Shown: piece after piece, positions 36,901 to 50,941 of the stretch
How the letters are laid out: every line of letters starts with the position of its first letter
Position numbering within the stretch: the first letter of the stretch is position 1
Assembly (NCBI GenBank): GCA_963924565.1
Contig: OZ004608.1
Span: forward strand, 16,306,001 to 16,370,000
Reading direction: 5' to 3'
Length of the DNA: 64,000 nucleotides
From: Ascidiella aspersa
Lineage: Eukaryota
The notes under the pieces: generated by a model
Database searches by the model: none
Seen by the model: the letters and a program-made list of their open reading frames with translations, nothing else
Told to the model about the DNA's origin: nothing
Position numbers and translations under genes: made by a program

Positions 36901-39900
36901 AACCTTTCAGCAATGTATCGGGTCGTCGGTTATTGAGAAAACTTTACACAGGATTTAGGTCAAAGGGGCTTCGCGCTCCCAACCAAGAGAGGATGGAGGG
37001 TGTGCCCTTTCTTTGTAATAGAGAGAAGCTTCCCAATTTACCGTACTCTCGGCTTGCGTGCGAAGGGGGTGCGACTGTTGTACGACAACCCACTGCTTTC
37101 GGTATTACCTTTCGACCCCCTATTCGCAAAAGAGCACTTTAGCGACCCAAAACGTAGGGAGACAAAATGCTGAAAAAACAAAACAGTCAACCTCTGCGGC
37201 GTGCCAATGGTCTGACAACGACGGCTAACTGGTCCGTAAAAAGTGGTTTGCCAAAATAACAGGGTGTTGCTGCTTTTTGCACCTTCAGCAAGCAAGTAAC
37301 GGAAACTCAACACAGTCTCACCGGTGTTATTACAGTAACCAGCCTTTGTTGCCCACAAATCGGTTCCATACCTTGTTGCAGCTGAAGCAGGAAACGGCTT
37401 CTTTTCTTTTTAGGCGGCGGGCACACGGACCAAAAAGTCATATAAAGGCAATCGCAATATGTTTAATTAAATAACGATCTTGGCCTGAAAAATAACGGTT
37501 TTCGCTTATCAACTTTTTTTTTGTAGCTTTTTGAGTTTGTAGCTGTTTAAGGCTGTATGTTTAAAACAATGCAACATTCTTTTGAAGCCCACACAGTGTG
37601 CACACAGACAGAATGACAGGCCTGATAAAAATATTTGTTAAACGAGGTTACCGCTCAACACAAAATTGTGCCTGTAACAAGAGCATTTTTGAACAACACC
37701 TACCTACGCTGTATTGTAGCTTTTGAACCTAATATTTACTTTCAACATCCTAATAGATTCTTAGCTTTTATAATTATTTCCAGTCTTATGTGACCTCTTT
37801 TTTTGAAATCTGAAATTTTGCTCTCTGGCCACATTGCTATTATCACTGGCTATAATAGGGACTAGGATCTTGTACGCTTTATTCTTGATTTGGTTCTCGC
37901 GTTAGTTCAGCTTCGAAAACTCGAATGAGCGACAGGTTCGAAATGTCACGAACCCACTCCACACGGCTCCCAACCTCTAAAAACCCTTACTGCGAAACCG
38001 CAACTACATAAATTGCCAGATGGATAAAGGAAGTAGATTTGTTATGCCAGACGCAAGTGTTAAAAACGGATTGCTTTTCGCCCTCGAACAAGCTAACGTC
38101 TCTGCGCAATGCCACCATGTATTAAAGGTCGTAGCCCACAAAACGCACGAGGTCAGCGTCCAATGGATTATGAACAAGTACTTCCGAGTTTTGTGCCTCG
38201 GCATCGAGACTGTACGACGCCGAGTTGCAAATTGAACTCGTAGAAGATGTAAGGTCGGGCCGTAAGTTCAACATCACGTATATTTGTGCACTCACAGAGC
38301 CAGGAATGGTGTCCGTCTGTTGACCGATTGAAAATTACCTACGTTACATGTAGGTAAATAGTAGCCGGGGAGTTTAACCGCTCCTTCTACACCTGTGTCT
38401 TAAAGTGACAAACTACCGACAACTGCAATTTAAAAACCCAGGGCCGAACGAATCTAGAATTTGTTTTAAAAATGGAGTTTCACAATTTGTTTACCAATTT
38501 TACTAATGTTATGGCGCAATTTTGTGTTTGATCTCTTTCGTTGCAATAACATTTAACAACATTATAACACAACGCCCAAATATTTGCAGTACTTTCCCTC
38601 GTTAAAATGATAGATTATCTAGTATATTTACGGAATAGTGCCGTCATTTATAATAATATCTAATCACATATATATAAAAATATACGTGTCGTGATAATAA
38701 TCAGCGACAGTTGTAGGCAAAATACGCCGTGGAAATGACGCACATTGCTTTGCACGCGGCTACTTTTTTTCTAACAGCCAATAAATCGAACCAATCGGAA
38801 ATCATGTAATGTATCACTAAATAGTCGTAGACAGCTTGGCATTAATTTTTCATTATCTTCATCCGTTGGTCGCTGCTGCAAGAATATAAAGGCGTGAACG
38901 ACCTATCTTTTATTTAATCCACTCGTAATCTAAAATTTAAATAAAGGGCTACCCAGGATCCCAGTAACAACATTTTATAGAGCATAGGTCTGACTTTCCC
39001 CATAGGTACACAGAATATTATCGATTTACCACTAGAACCTAAGATATTGTCTTTCTTTTGTATAAAGCTGACATGCTCTCGTTCTAATTTTCAAATCAAA
39101 AAATCGTTTTCCTGTCAACTAAAACGTTATAGGTTACAATGCAGTAAAATACTACCAAATGATATCATTGCGAACACTAATGGGACTATTTACGTGCCAC
39201 CTTTAGTAAGTATTTAACGTGTTTTCACCGACCGATTAATGTTTACCAAAAACAACCGCACAAATAACTGCAAAGTCGGAATGTAGGGGTGGTTCAGATA
39301 AGCATCAGGAAAGCAGCCATTAAAGTCAACAAAGGATTCGCTGAGGCCTAACCTCGTCGATCAATTGCCGACTAGTTCAAAGCTCACCGACACCCGTCTT
39401 TGTACACAACCAGCGCAAAATAGAAGGGTTATAACGTGAAAATGCTTTCTGAAATCACAGCACTGCTTTTGAAATCATTTAGCAGATGGTGTTGGAGATA
39501 AAGTGATTTAAATTTTGTTTTTTAAGCGAAGGCGATTTGAGTGTGGTCCAGCGTAACGTCGTTGACTTGTAACACGTGACCAGCGAGCGCTAACAATGAC
39601 AGATGGACGGACCCCAAACACCCGACGGCTCAAGGCGCGACGGGAAAATGGCCGCCCACCGTCGGCTGTGGCGATTTCGTTGGAGGCGGCACAAAACAAC
39701 CGGCACGAAGCGCCCGTAATTGTTGCTTGGTGGAATTTTTCTTTATCGGCTGATGCTACTGGTTGACAATACGGTAACAGACAAAAACATGTAGTGGTAA
39801 ACGACGAATTACTCGATAAATCATTGAGTACTATAGCATTGAAGGTCAACTTATGTATATTTATCAATTTTACCGCCATTTTTCGACGTCCTTTAATGAT

Positions 39901-42900
39901 CTTAGACTAGATATGTTTAAAACATCTTAAATATCCTAAAATCATTTGGAACGTCCACTAGCCAAGTTGCTGTCAGCGCAAATTTATGTCCGTATAGGCA
40001 GTACGTTACAAATATAAGTTTAAAAAAAAAACCCTAGTTGTCAACATTACAAAAACATTTAAACTTTTGAAATACAACTAATAAACAATCCTGTTAGCAA
40101 TTTAAATCAATCGCCTAAAAAATCGCTTTTTTCATAATTTTGCATCTTTTAATAGAGTTTTAGCACAATTCGAACAAACTTAGTATATATTAAAGAAGTG
40201 GTTTAAACGAACAAACTAAAACAACATTTCATAGCTCAGATTATTGACCCCTTCAAAATTAAAGCTGTTATAATGCATTCTTGCCATCAGCAAAGGCTGC
40301 GAGTTTTCGACTAGCACCTGACAAGGGCCATTGGCGGTTGAAGGGCCAGGACAAGTGTGTCCGGAACGGTCAAGTGTGATGTCACCCCTGTGCCAACATT
40401 GTTGGCCGCAGGCCACGAGGGCTCAACCATGGTCGGGACAAGTGATAGAAAGGGGTTTTCAGAGGAGCGAAACAAAAAGGGTTATCCTTAATCACAGGCG
40501 GCGACACGCATATGTCAAATTTGTTTCATAGGGCATTTTGTTGTACCTAGAATTAATTTCGTTTATCTTGATACCGTCTGCTTAGTTAGTGAATTAAAAA
40601 TGCTACATCTTTTGCAATGAACTTCCTCTCTCTAAATTTACCACAGAAAGTTAAAGGCACGCATTTACCACAAAAAGTCGTACGCCGTACGCAGTTGTAT
40701 TCCAAGCCGATGGTGAGAAAACGCACGGTAGTCTTTCGGTTGTTTTAGTGCGCCTTTGATGTAGAAGCTAATCCGCTATTAACCTGATCGCTTTGAATGA
40801 ATGAACCAGACCACGTTCTCTTTTGCAAAAGCCGCAAGCGACAAAGACTTTTAGCTGTCTAACTCATCGAGACCCGAGATGTGGCATACAACGGCAACAC
40901 CACGGGTGGCCCTGTTAGTACATCCAAATATCTCGAAAAAACTCCTTACAAAATCGCTTGGCATCCCTATGATTCGTTATATTTCGTCCCCAAATTTTGG
41001 CAAACGTTTCAAAGTCTCTCCAGAAGTAACTTTCAACATTGGTATTTTGACTTGATGCTGCGATCAATGACCGATGCGGCTTTCGGGCCAAACAGCTCTT
41101 AAATCTGCTTTGATAGATGTAAATGCACAACTGACCTCTCTTGAACCGCAAGTCATGTCTACAGAAGAGCAAGGCGTTCGTTAGTTTTCTCGGAAGGAGT
41201 GCATTAAAAACAAATCAAAGCGTGTTTGAGGACTCCAAAGAGGAATGCTTAGCTTGCTGTACGCGTTCAGGCAAAAAGTACATGTAGCGCGTCTATTAAA
41301 TATACTTCAGAACATAGCACAAGCGAACCTGGGTAAGTTAAAGATTCTAACTGCTGTTTTGTATTGCCTTTACTAAATTGAACAAATGTTGGAATTACTT
41401 CAACTAAATTTGAATAAATGTTGGATCTACTGTAATTCAAAACTTATGAGTTATGATATTTTAAATAATCCAAAAAATGTAGTGTCAAAGTAACAAAAAC
41501 ATGGCACATAAAAGCTATATATAAGGTTTTTGAACTATTTTTAATTTATCAGTAAAAAAAGCAGTGTACATATATATCCCGTACAACCAAAGTGGTGTTC
41601 GTACACATGTTGATAAATTATTGAGTAGAAAAATAATTTTCGTCTTATAGTACTGCGATTGCAAATTAAATCGCAACAACTTCCTGTACCTAAATATTCT
41701 TTTTCTAACGGCGGCATTAAAAATCGTGAGATTTTTTGTTACTATTTCTATATCACATCTTGATTTGGTAACTTTCACCTGGCTAATGTTAAAAGCAAGT
41801 GTGAATCGTTGTTAATGGAATTTGTGTTAAACGCATGGGAGCCCAAGTGTTTCGAGAAATGTCTGCAGAACATTGAGTCATTATCGCATTCAGTGATTGA
41901 CGCCAAAGAAAAGTAAATACAGGCCACATATAACACGCCATTATATTGCGATTTGATATGCGGTATTACGAGAAAGCCAGCAGTTTATTTATTTATAGTT
42001 GGAATAAAATGGAAATTGCAGAAATTTTTTAGCGTAACAAAACGTGGACTAATTACCGATTATAAAACCGTACACTTTCGTACACTTGCTGACAGAATAT
42101 TATTTTCAAGTTGAAACCAGAAAAAAAATTGTATAAGCCGGGTTTAATCGGGCGTACATTAAGTTTTTTAGAAGAATATTAACATTTACCGTAACCAAAT
42201 ATATATAACCAAACACTGTTTATGCGTTACTATAGACAAATTTTGTCATTGACCTCAAATAAAAATAGATTTTGCTGACGTTTAATGACAAAAATTAAAT
42301 ACTTCAGTAGCTTAAAATTGATAGCTTATCTGTGTGTAGCTGTGAACTAATTCAACCCCTCACCAGAACAATATGCTATTTTTATTTCTTTAAAAACTAA
42401 CTGCTATATATGCAAAAAGTATTTAAAACAATGATGTTGAACATTTCCTCTGGCCGAACGTATTAATTGTTGCGGTTCATGTTTTAAACTGTTTATTTAG
42501 TTTTTTTGACGAATAATTTCTCAATTTGAAGTATTTTTTAACACGAAAAAAATATTGCAAACAGTATAGTTAAACACTCGTTGACATCGTGACAGCGGAT
42601 TTTGCAAAACGTGACTTTTTTATTTGCCAAACGCAATCGGTGCGTAATTAGCTTTACTTTACCATATACGGCATATATAAAAAGCTGATAAATAACTCTA
42701 ATACAACACAAATAAAAACTATAATTAGAAGTTTACTGTTTTTAATATAAAAGAAAAAACAGTTTGGGCAAATAGTACGCGGTTTCTAAATCTTAAAATC
42801 GACATAGCAAATCTATATTATTTTGTCGTCGATATTGGAATGACGTTGTATGCTTAAGCATTTTAATACTCTTTGCACAAAATTGTTTTAACCCCGCTTA

Positions 42901-45900
42901 AGTCTTTTCAGGCGGTAGCACTCCTATTTTTTAATTTCGTTGATCGTTTTAATTTTGCTGTGTTTCTGAATGTAATGATTCTGCTTGGCAGCAATCCACC
43001 TAATTTGAAGTGTCATCAACGCGCAGTCAAACAAATATAATACGAACTCAAATTAAAACCAGAAGAATTCAGTTTCGATTGTAGTTTAATTGTCACATAC
43101 ATTTAACTTATAAACACAATTTGTCCTTACGTTTACTTGGCATATGTCACTCCCCAATTGTTGGCGATTGGTGCAAACTTGTTGATTGAAAAGCATCGTC
43201 CGCCACATTTTACCTGAAAATAAAATTAATTAAATCTTTAAATATGGTTGGTCACCGATAAAGATCGCGGACGAACAATGCAAATTTGTGAGCAAAAAAT
43301 TTCTTAGGCCGATTTAAAAGAGTTTTGCAATAAATCTATCCACCAAATAAAAGCGTTAAAATGAGATTGAAAAAACTTTTTCCTATTTTTATTCTCCAGC
43401 GGTTTATAAATATACAATTTAGGTAATTAACTATAAAATAAAAAATCATAGTTAACATATTGTTACCCAATAGGTCGCAATTTAACGTGCGTCCACGATT
43501 CGACAAATACATGACCGATACCTAGTTTGCATTTTAGGGAAAAAAATTAAATCACTTGCTGTGATATTTTTAGTAAATCATTATTTGGCATAAAAAAAGT
43601 ATTTGCTTTACATTATCTTGCAAAATATAAACTTTTAAAAATAATATCATTACATAAGTAAAATGATATTTCACAAAACTATGGACAAAAAAATGCTTTT
43701 TACGAATTCATTCCTTAAAGAACACTAAAATGTTTAATAACTCACTTTATTGTGCTATCTATACCGTGATAATTCTTGATTTGTTGTTCTATCTTCGTTG
43801 CGCTTCCGACAGCGAATGATCAATTCCTCCGTCAGATCGTCTCTTATGTACGCTGAACCGTGGTAGGCAGTCACGAAAGCAGCATTGTTCGACTACTAAC
43901 CTCCAACTGACCCTAAGCTAACTCCAAAGCGCTGCGGATCAAAAGTACCTAATTGTTGTTCGACGAAACTGCAGAGATACCAACTCCGAATTTTCGGGAT
44001 GCCCCAAATGCTCGGGGTTAGTTTTGCGGTTTTGTTCATTTTTACGCGCAAGGTTTTCCGTCTGGCCCGCGGAGATTTGCATTGTCGGGCGCATATCCTA
44101 CGTGGACCGACAAAGCACGCGGACACCGGGCAAGCGTTAAGTTGCCGCAATCCGATTAAGCCGCCGTCGTTACCGCTACCGCGTTTGCTCTTATAATCCT
44201 TTTGGTGGCTTTTCGGCGCGACCACCAACACGACAAATACCGGCTTAACATCAATGCAACAAGTTTTTGTTGTTGTCAAGTTGCGTCGCCGGTTGTTTAG
44301 TAGCTACATACCGCAGCAACGTCGCGGCGGGACCATCGGTTTAGTGCAACTCGCAGACTATGACCTACCCATTGCTGTCACAGTTGTCGGGCGATGATTT
44401 AGCGACATATACGTCCAGTCGTCCATTGCTGTGACGCCGTTGGTTTGCTCGCAACGACCCGCCTTCGAAGCTAATTTTACAAGGCTATCCAAATCGTGTC
44501 AAATAGCCACGCAGGCTGAACGATCACACAGCGGCTTAACTCCACTGGTGCTGATCAGCATGTGAAACAGGAAAGATTTTTGTTAAACATGATAAATTCT
44601 GCTACAACAAAACTGTATGCCGGTCCCAAAAGGCGACGCCACATCGTTGTTGCATGAATATATGCGGAAGGTTGCCGATGTTTTGCTGTGTTAGAATACA
44701 TATCTTTATCGCGCAGAACGAACGGTAAACAAATACCAGTGTCAACATTAGTCACTCAGCATAGCGGGCATGAACCTGCAAGGCAACATTTGCACTCTAA
44801 ATGACACTCTTCAAAACGTAGGATTAAGAAATAAGCCGTAAAACCTAAAGGGTGTGCTTATAGGACACCCATACTTGGAGGGTGGGACATTTATTCCTGG
44901 ACTGTTATACAAAATAGTCACTGTTATCGTCCGATTACTCAACTGTTTAAAATTTTGTTAAAAAAGTCAGTTGGTGTGCCGGCAATCGATGCGCTGTTAC
45001 AGTCGGTGGGCAAATTTCGCCGGTTCAGGTTCATTTGTGAGATCATGAAACGCATTTCCGACATGTGGCAAATTTAAATGGCTTAAAGAGTCACCTGGAT
45101 GACCGCGAGACGTGCCAGGGAGAAAGTGGTGGTGACACCCAACACGCCGCCAAACACGACCTGCAAATGACGAACCAAAAAACTTTTTAACGACTTCAAA
45201 GCCGTGGGGGGCATCCTCGGGATTGTTGAGACAAGAATCTGGGGTCTGTGGCGTGGGAACAGGGAGATAATCCGCTTTAGGCACCCCTTGATCGCCGATA
45301 CCCAGTGTACAGCCGGATAAATACGACGCTGTAATGGCGCTGCGCCTTTTCAGCTATACACTAAACGGCAACGCGGCTCTTGAATCAATCCGATTTAGGG
45401 GATTGAAATTTTAGTTTCCTTGTTTTGGCGATGCGGCGGGTGGTCCTTCCCCTTCTTTTATATTAAGCTCAATTATGGGCGCGATGTTGCGCAATTTGCG
45501 CCTGTAATGTAGTTAGCGATCGTAGGCGCGAACAAGAAGTCGTACAACTATTGCTGTCGAAGCTCAAAATGCAGTGCACAGTTGCCGATTCTCGGGGCAC
45601 ATTAGACACGCTACGGTGGACAGCTTGATTGCGCGCGCCCATACCACTGAACGAAAGGCAACAGATGCGCGGGAGATAATTATTGTAATCGGCTCGGTGC
45701 ACTTTTTACCCCAAAGTTGTTTTCGTCGAAGTTCGGGCGGCCCCCGACTGATCTGTTGGAAAACAACACAAAAAAGGCAACCGGCCGCGTAAGCCAGCCT
45801 ATTCTTCAAAACAGCACCTCTCCAGTGCGGGATGCCTGGAAGGGTCGGGAACCCTAATGAATCCGAAAGGGTAAGTTTAGTCGTACTAAAAAAACAAACG

Positions 45901-48762
45901 CAAAAAAAGATTGCTGGAAACAGCAGAAAAAGCAAAGGCGCTTGACTGGGGCGGCACTCACGCTCGGCGTTGATACATCAATAGACTTCGGCGACCCGCG
46001 GCAGCGACAAAGGCGGCAAGCTGAGCAAAGGCGCGACCAGGGGTGGCCCGGCACCGACACCGCTAATTTTACGCTCATCGGATGACAGTCGGACGAGCGT
46101 CGGCCAACGCTAATGAGCGTTTGATTGACGCGTCGCTTGACGAGTGCGCGCAGTTCGCAAGGGCGAGGAAAAGTCCGGCCGTTAAACAAACCCGACCGAC
46201 ACGTACGCAACCTGGCTTGGCCGCGAGCGAACAGCCACTGATCGGCGACTTTTACGACCACCGATGGTTTGTCCATTGATCTCATTTACAGAAATTCTTG
46301 AAAGGACCGGAAAGCGAATTATGCTGCCAGGAAACCCTAAAATAATTATGAACATATATACTTACGTTTAGATTGTTTGAGGATACGCTTACTTAATTTT
46401 TTTTTCCGAAATGCTTCTGCTGTTTCGTTGCTCGATTAGTTGATAGTATAAATTACAAACAAGGCCCCAAAAAGCCGCAAGGCAGTTAATAGGACGGTGC
46501 CCCTTGGATACCGCATTCATAAAAAAAATTATCAACCCTGAATTACAACCAAATGAACAACATGTTTAACAAGGCTCAGTTCGCGGGTGTGTGGTGAAAT
46601 TGCAATAAGTCTGCCGCGGTTTAAATTTAATCCGAAATATATTTTCAACAAAAAAAACTTTTTGTTTTGATTTCAAAAGGCACCAGCTTAAAAAGGTAAT
46701 ATTCAAAACCGTCAAGATGCCGATTTTAAAAATTGAACCTTTTTACGTAAAATAAATTATTTCACGTAAAGTTTAGGTAAAATGGAGTATTTTTCCCAAA
46801 ATTAATAAACCTATGACAAATAAAATGAGAACAAGTTGTAGCCCATTGCCGACATTGAGTGTAGCGAAGCACAAAAGGAAAATTAGTTTATAATTTGTTT
46901 TAATATAATGTTGCGTCATTATACCATTTGGTAAAAATAGCTTCCGGAATGAATGGACAACTAAATAAAAATTTATATAGTTTTGCCAATAGCCTAAGCG
47001 TACTAGTTTAAGCGTACTAGTTAAATCATCTAAAAAAATTCTTTGTTTAATCAATATATAATTGTTAGTGAAAGAAAAAACAGGTTTAAGAATTGAGAGC
47101 GGCGGACAGAAATAACAATCCTCGAAAGCATATTATTTATATAGTTATAAATGAAAAATTACAAAGCCTAAATCTCGCTAATTGAAAATCCATGAAGACA
47201 GAGGCAAAACGGTAACTGGGTCAAACATTTGTCTTTGTCAATTAAAAAGCTGCTGGCGCCAAATTTACCGCGCTGGCAGGTTGACCGCAGGCCGCAAAGT
47301 GACAACGGCGGCCTTGCTTTGCTTGTTGCCACTCCAATTAAGTTTTTTCGTTGGGCTTTATACAAACCCATAAAGCCGAAAACATGAGTTCGGTGGTATT
47401 TCTTAATTTTAAATTCGCTCACGACTGTATAACCTAAAAACACAGCTATGGTTAGCATTATCCAGAAACCAATATCTTTTAAGTTAGTAACGGCTTTTAA
47501 GTTAGTAACGACCCATAAAAAAATATATATAGGAATAAATTTAACTTCGATCGTTCAAATATGGTTGCACTCTTTCGGTCGGTTGCATTTCTTAAAAAAT
47601 TAGTTATTACTATGAAAATGGCGTTTGCAAATTTTGGCTATAACAGTTCTTTAATCCGTGATTTTAATATTGGAAAATAATTTCCTTTTAAAACCAGTAG
47701 CAAGTTTGCAGCTGCAATCCTTCCAAAATAATACCATTAAACGAGCCAAAGCATCAAGAGCACTTTCGGACATACCATGCCCTGTCAATAGGGTTTGATG
47801 GCGAAATAAAATCGCGCTGTTGAGAGCTGCGGGGATTAACCCGGGGTCCCAGGGACAGGGTGACGATTGAAGCTCCTGGGGTGGTTTACTGGGGTCAGGG
47901 CTCGGCCACGACCCTGAAGCGGAATTCACAGCCTGGTAAACGCAATTTCGCCCCGTCAACAGCCGCTCAGCATTAAAGGGCGCGATTTCGTGCTAAGAAG
48001 CAGGTTGGGACGTTGTACGGTGGTAAATTTGATTTTTTATTTCAGTTTTTAATATAAACCAAACTAAAAACGTTTCTATCTTCCGACTTATTTAATCTGA
48101 AATTTACGATTACCATGTTTTGATCGCAACTTAATTTTTAGTCTATACCATTGGGTTCATAAAAAAAATTACCGCACAACTTACTTGAAAATTAAAATAA
48201 TCGCAAATTTCTATTCGCTCTGATTGGGTTCGGGTACAGGTCTGCTGAATGTTTACCGTGGCTAGGAAAACATCGTCAGCACATTTTGGCAAGTAATTTT
48301 CGCCTGTAAAGTGGCCCTCACCTGCAAAGTGGCAACGCGTGGTTTGCGATGTTACAAAAATATCCATAAAAAACAGATGCCGCAACGACCCCTGTACTTA
48401 AGACTTCGTTCAAGCGTAAAAAGGTGAACGACGGGTTATGGCCTGGATTGCGCAAAGTAGGCTAGAGGCTCGATTTCGCAGCGGTCGCGACTTCAACAAA
48501 GCAAATTTGCCCAGCAATACGCTTGGATGGCTTTGGCTGCCACAAAATGGAGTTATTTTATTAAACTGGAGCACCACAGCTGCTGCGAACTTCGCCTGAC
48601 CCTCGTCGGTTGAGACGATATGTGAGGGGATAAAAGCAGGAAGAATGCGCACAATTGCCGTTGCCTTAGCAGTGGGCGACGACACCGTGCTTCCCAGAAC
48701 TTTGGCGATGGGGACAGCAACACAAACAAGCCCGACATGAATGCTGACGATTCTATGTGCGA

Positions 48763-48884
48763 TGAACTTTCGTCGAACTTTGCGGCAAGGACGGAAAACC
48801 ATATCCGCGCGGTTAAGCGCGAGTTCACGTGCTTACCTGCCTTAAGCCGTCGGGTCATCAAAAGGTCAGCGCCAGTAATTGGAC
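48763..48884. promoter_or_regulatory. Compound RARE module A (three DR5)
   Basis: TGAACT-ttcgt-CGAACT 48763-79; GGTTAA-gcgcg-AGTTCA 48811-27 overlapping CACGTG; perfect GGGTCA-tcaaa-AGGTCA 48852-68; CAGTAATTGGAC 48873-84. Confidence 0.8.
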
Positions 48885-49379
48885 TCGAAGTCGGCGTTGG
48901 ATGCAAATTTCGACTTTTGTAGGCAAAACACGCTGCACACGATTCTACATAAAATCATAGGTAACTTTAGGAATTCTTTAAACTCTAAAAACGTGAAACT
49001 TTAGGCCGCCCATTGTAAAGAGAAGCCACTTAAAAATCGTTGCAATTCCTAGTTTTTGAGTGAACAATATTATTAATTTCCAAAACACCTGAGTCTTTTT
49101 CATGCGTTGTTTCGACCTTATTTACCATTGATTTCTAACTTTTCGCATCTGATTTTACTTGGACCACCCAACCGGCTACTTAGTTTATTCCTTATTCTTT
49201 GCTTGAATGTGTACGTTTGGCACCTGCACCATTTTTTTTTCGCCCGCAGTGTTGGAAAAGATTGCGGGGATTCGGAAGTTAAATTTAGAAAAGGCTCAAA
49301 TCATCAAATTATCCCAACTATACGTCAAGCCACTTTGCTGGCCCCTTGTTTAAAGTCCCTTTTTTGGTTTTGTCTAAAT

Positions 49380-49892
49380 TAGGGCTATTTTAGGACGATT
49401 TGTCCCCTTTTCTCAAGAAAAGTGAATGGTCCTTCGAGGACGCTCAAAAATGCCCAAATGTCCTCTTTTTTCGCTTCGAGTTGGTTGCTTATACTTTTAA
49501 AAAGACTGTTAGGCGAGACGTTGTATTGTTTTCCAAAACATTACTGTAACCACGAATACATGTTGAATTGCTGGTTTAAAAATGTTTTTCAACGAATCGC
49601 CCTACCAGCCCTACCGAACCTAACATGTAAAAAGGCCCAATAATAAAGCAAAGGTGTGTGCTTATTTACTTTAAAACGCAGGATTTTAAATCGTTACTTA
49701 TAACTCTCTTCGTAGCAGCCAATAGCAGAACCGTCGCCCTCGAAACAAATAGATCAATATTTGCGCTCGAGTCGACCAGCAACACCAAATTTCCTATTAA
49801 AAATTTCCTACTCAAACGTAGCAATTCTACCTTCGTTTAACTTGCCGGAAAAACATGTCCTCTTTTTGGGTGCTAAAAATATGGTAGCCCTA
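49380..49892. mobile_element. hAT-like MITE (TAGGGCTA termini)
   Basis: TAGGGCTA...TAGCCCTA; near-perfect 8-bp TSD GTCTAAAT / GTGTAAAT; internal TGTCCY repeats. Confidence 0.65.
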
Positions 49893-50941
49893 GTGTAAAT
49901 GAAATTTACATCCTTTCGATCTGTCTTATTTTAACTTTATTAGGCACACGACATGCCGTTAACCTAGGCTCAATATTTATTACGTAACAACGAAATATAA
50001 GAAATACGTATAAAAGGTAACTGCACGATTTAATATACGCTAAATAATTACAAATAAATATGTAAATGCACAAAAGGGTCTATAAAAGGTACGATGAATT
50101 GTTTCTGTCTTCCACAGGCGTTCAATGACGACAATACAAAAATGTTGCACTCGTTCCATGAACAAACTGAAGACTTTTTTCAATTAAACAAGCCATATAA
50201 AACAGTTTACAACGTATTATGTCCGAAACAGGTAAATGCTGTTTAACATTTGGCGAAAAAGTTTCATAAACTATATAGGAAAGAAAGGACATCCCAGTTA
50301 GTAAAAGATATATTTACAAAAAAGTATTTGTACAAAATAATTTGCTTAAGATTAGTTTAATATATACGATTAGACTGAATAACATTACATTAGTACGAGG
50401 ATTTTCATTTTAGGGTAGAAAAATGTCTTCGATGTAGAAGTTGTTATGGGTTGTCCAGCATGTACGCAGGAATTCTGCAGAGGCAAACCTTTGTTGCTGA
50501 TTAAGAGTGATTCGGCATGTAAATTGCGGAAAATTGTTTGCTTCGTCTAAAGAGGGAAAACTAGAATGAGCTCAATCGGCGTTCCTTCGATCAAGACTAA
50601 TCCGCCTAAAAACTCGTTCATCATCTCCCCCCAAACAATGTTGATCACTGAAAGCATATGGAATCTGTTTCCAGCAACAAACGAAGGGCAATTAGTCATA
50701 ATTTTGCGCGCCGTTGCACCGGGGCAAACAGGTTTCAGGCAATTGAACTAAGCTTTGGATACAGATGCAACCAACGCTATACTGCAAGACAAATCGTCCC
50801 ACTCGTAGTCAAAATCCAAATTTCTAAGGCGGGTTTTTTTTTGCGTAACTAATCTTGGTTTGGTTCATATACCGCCACGTACAATAAACACTTTGTTGCA
50901 AAGAGGTTGTTAAGTTTACGTGACCTGAAGTCCTACTAGAC

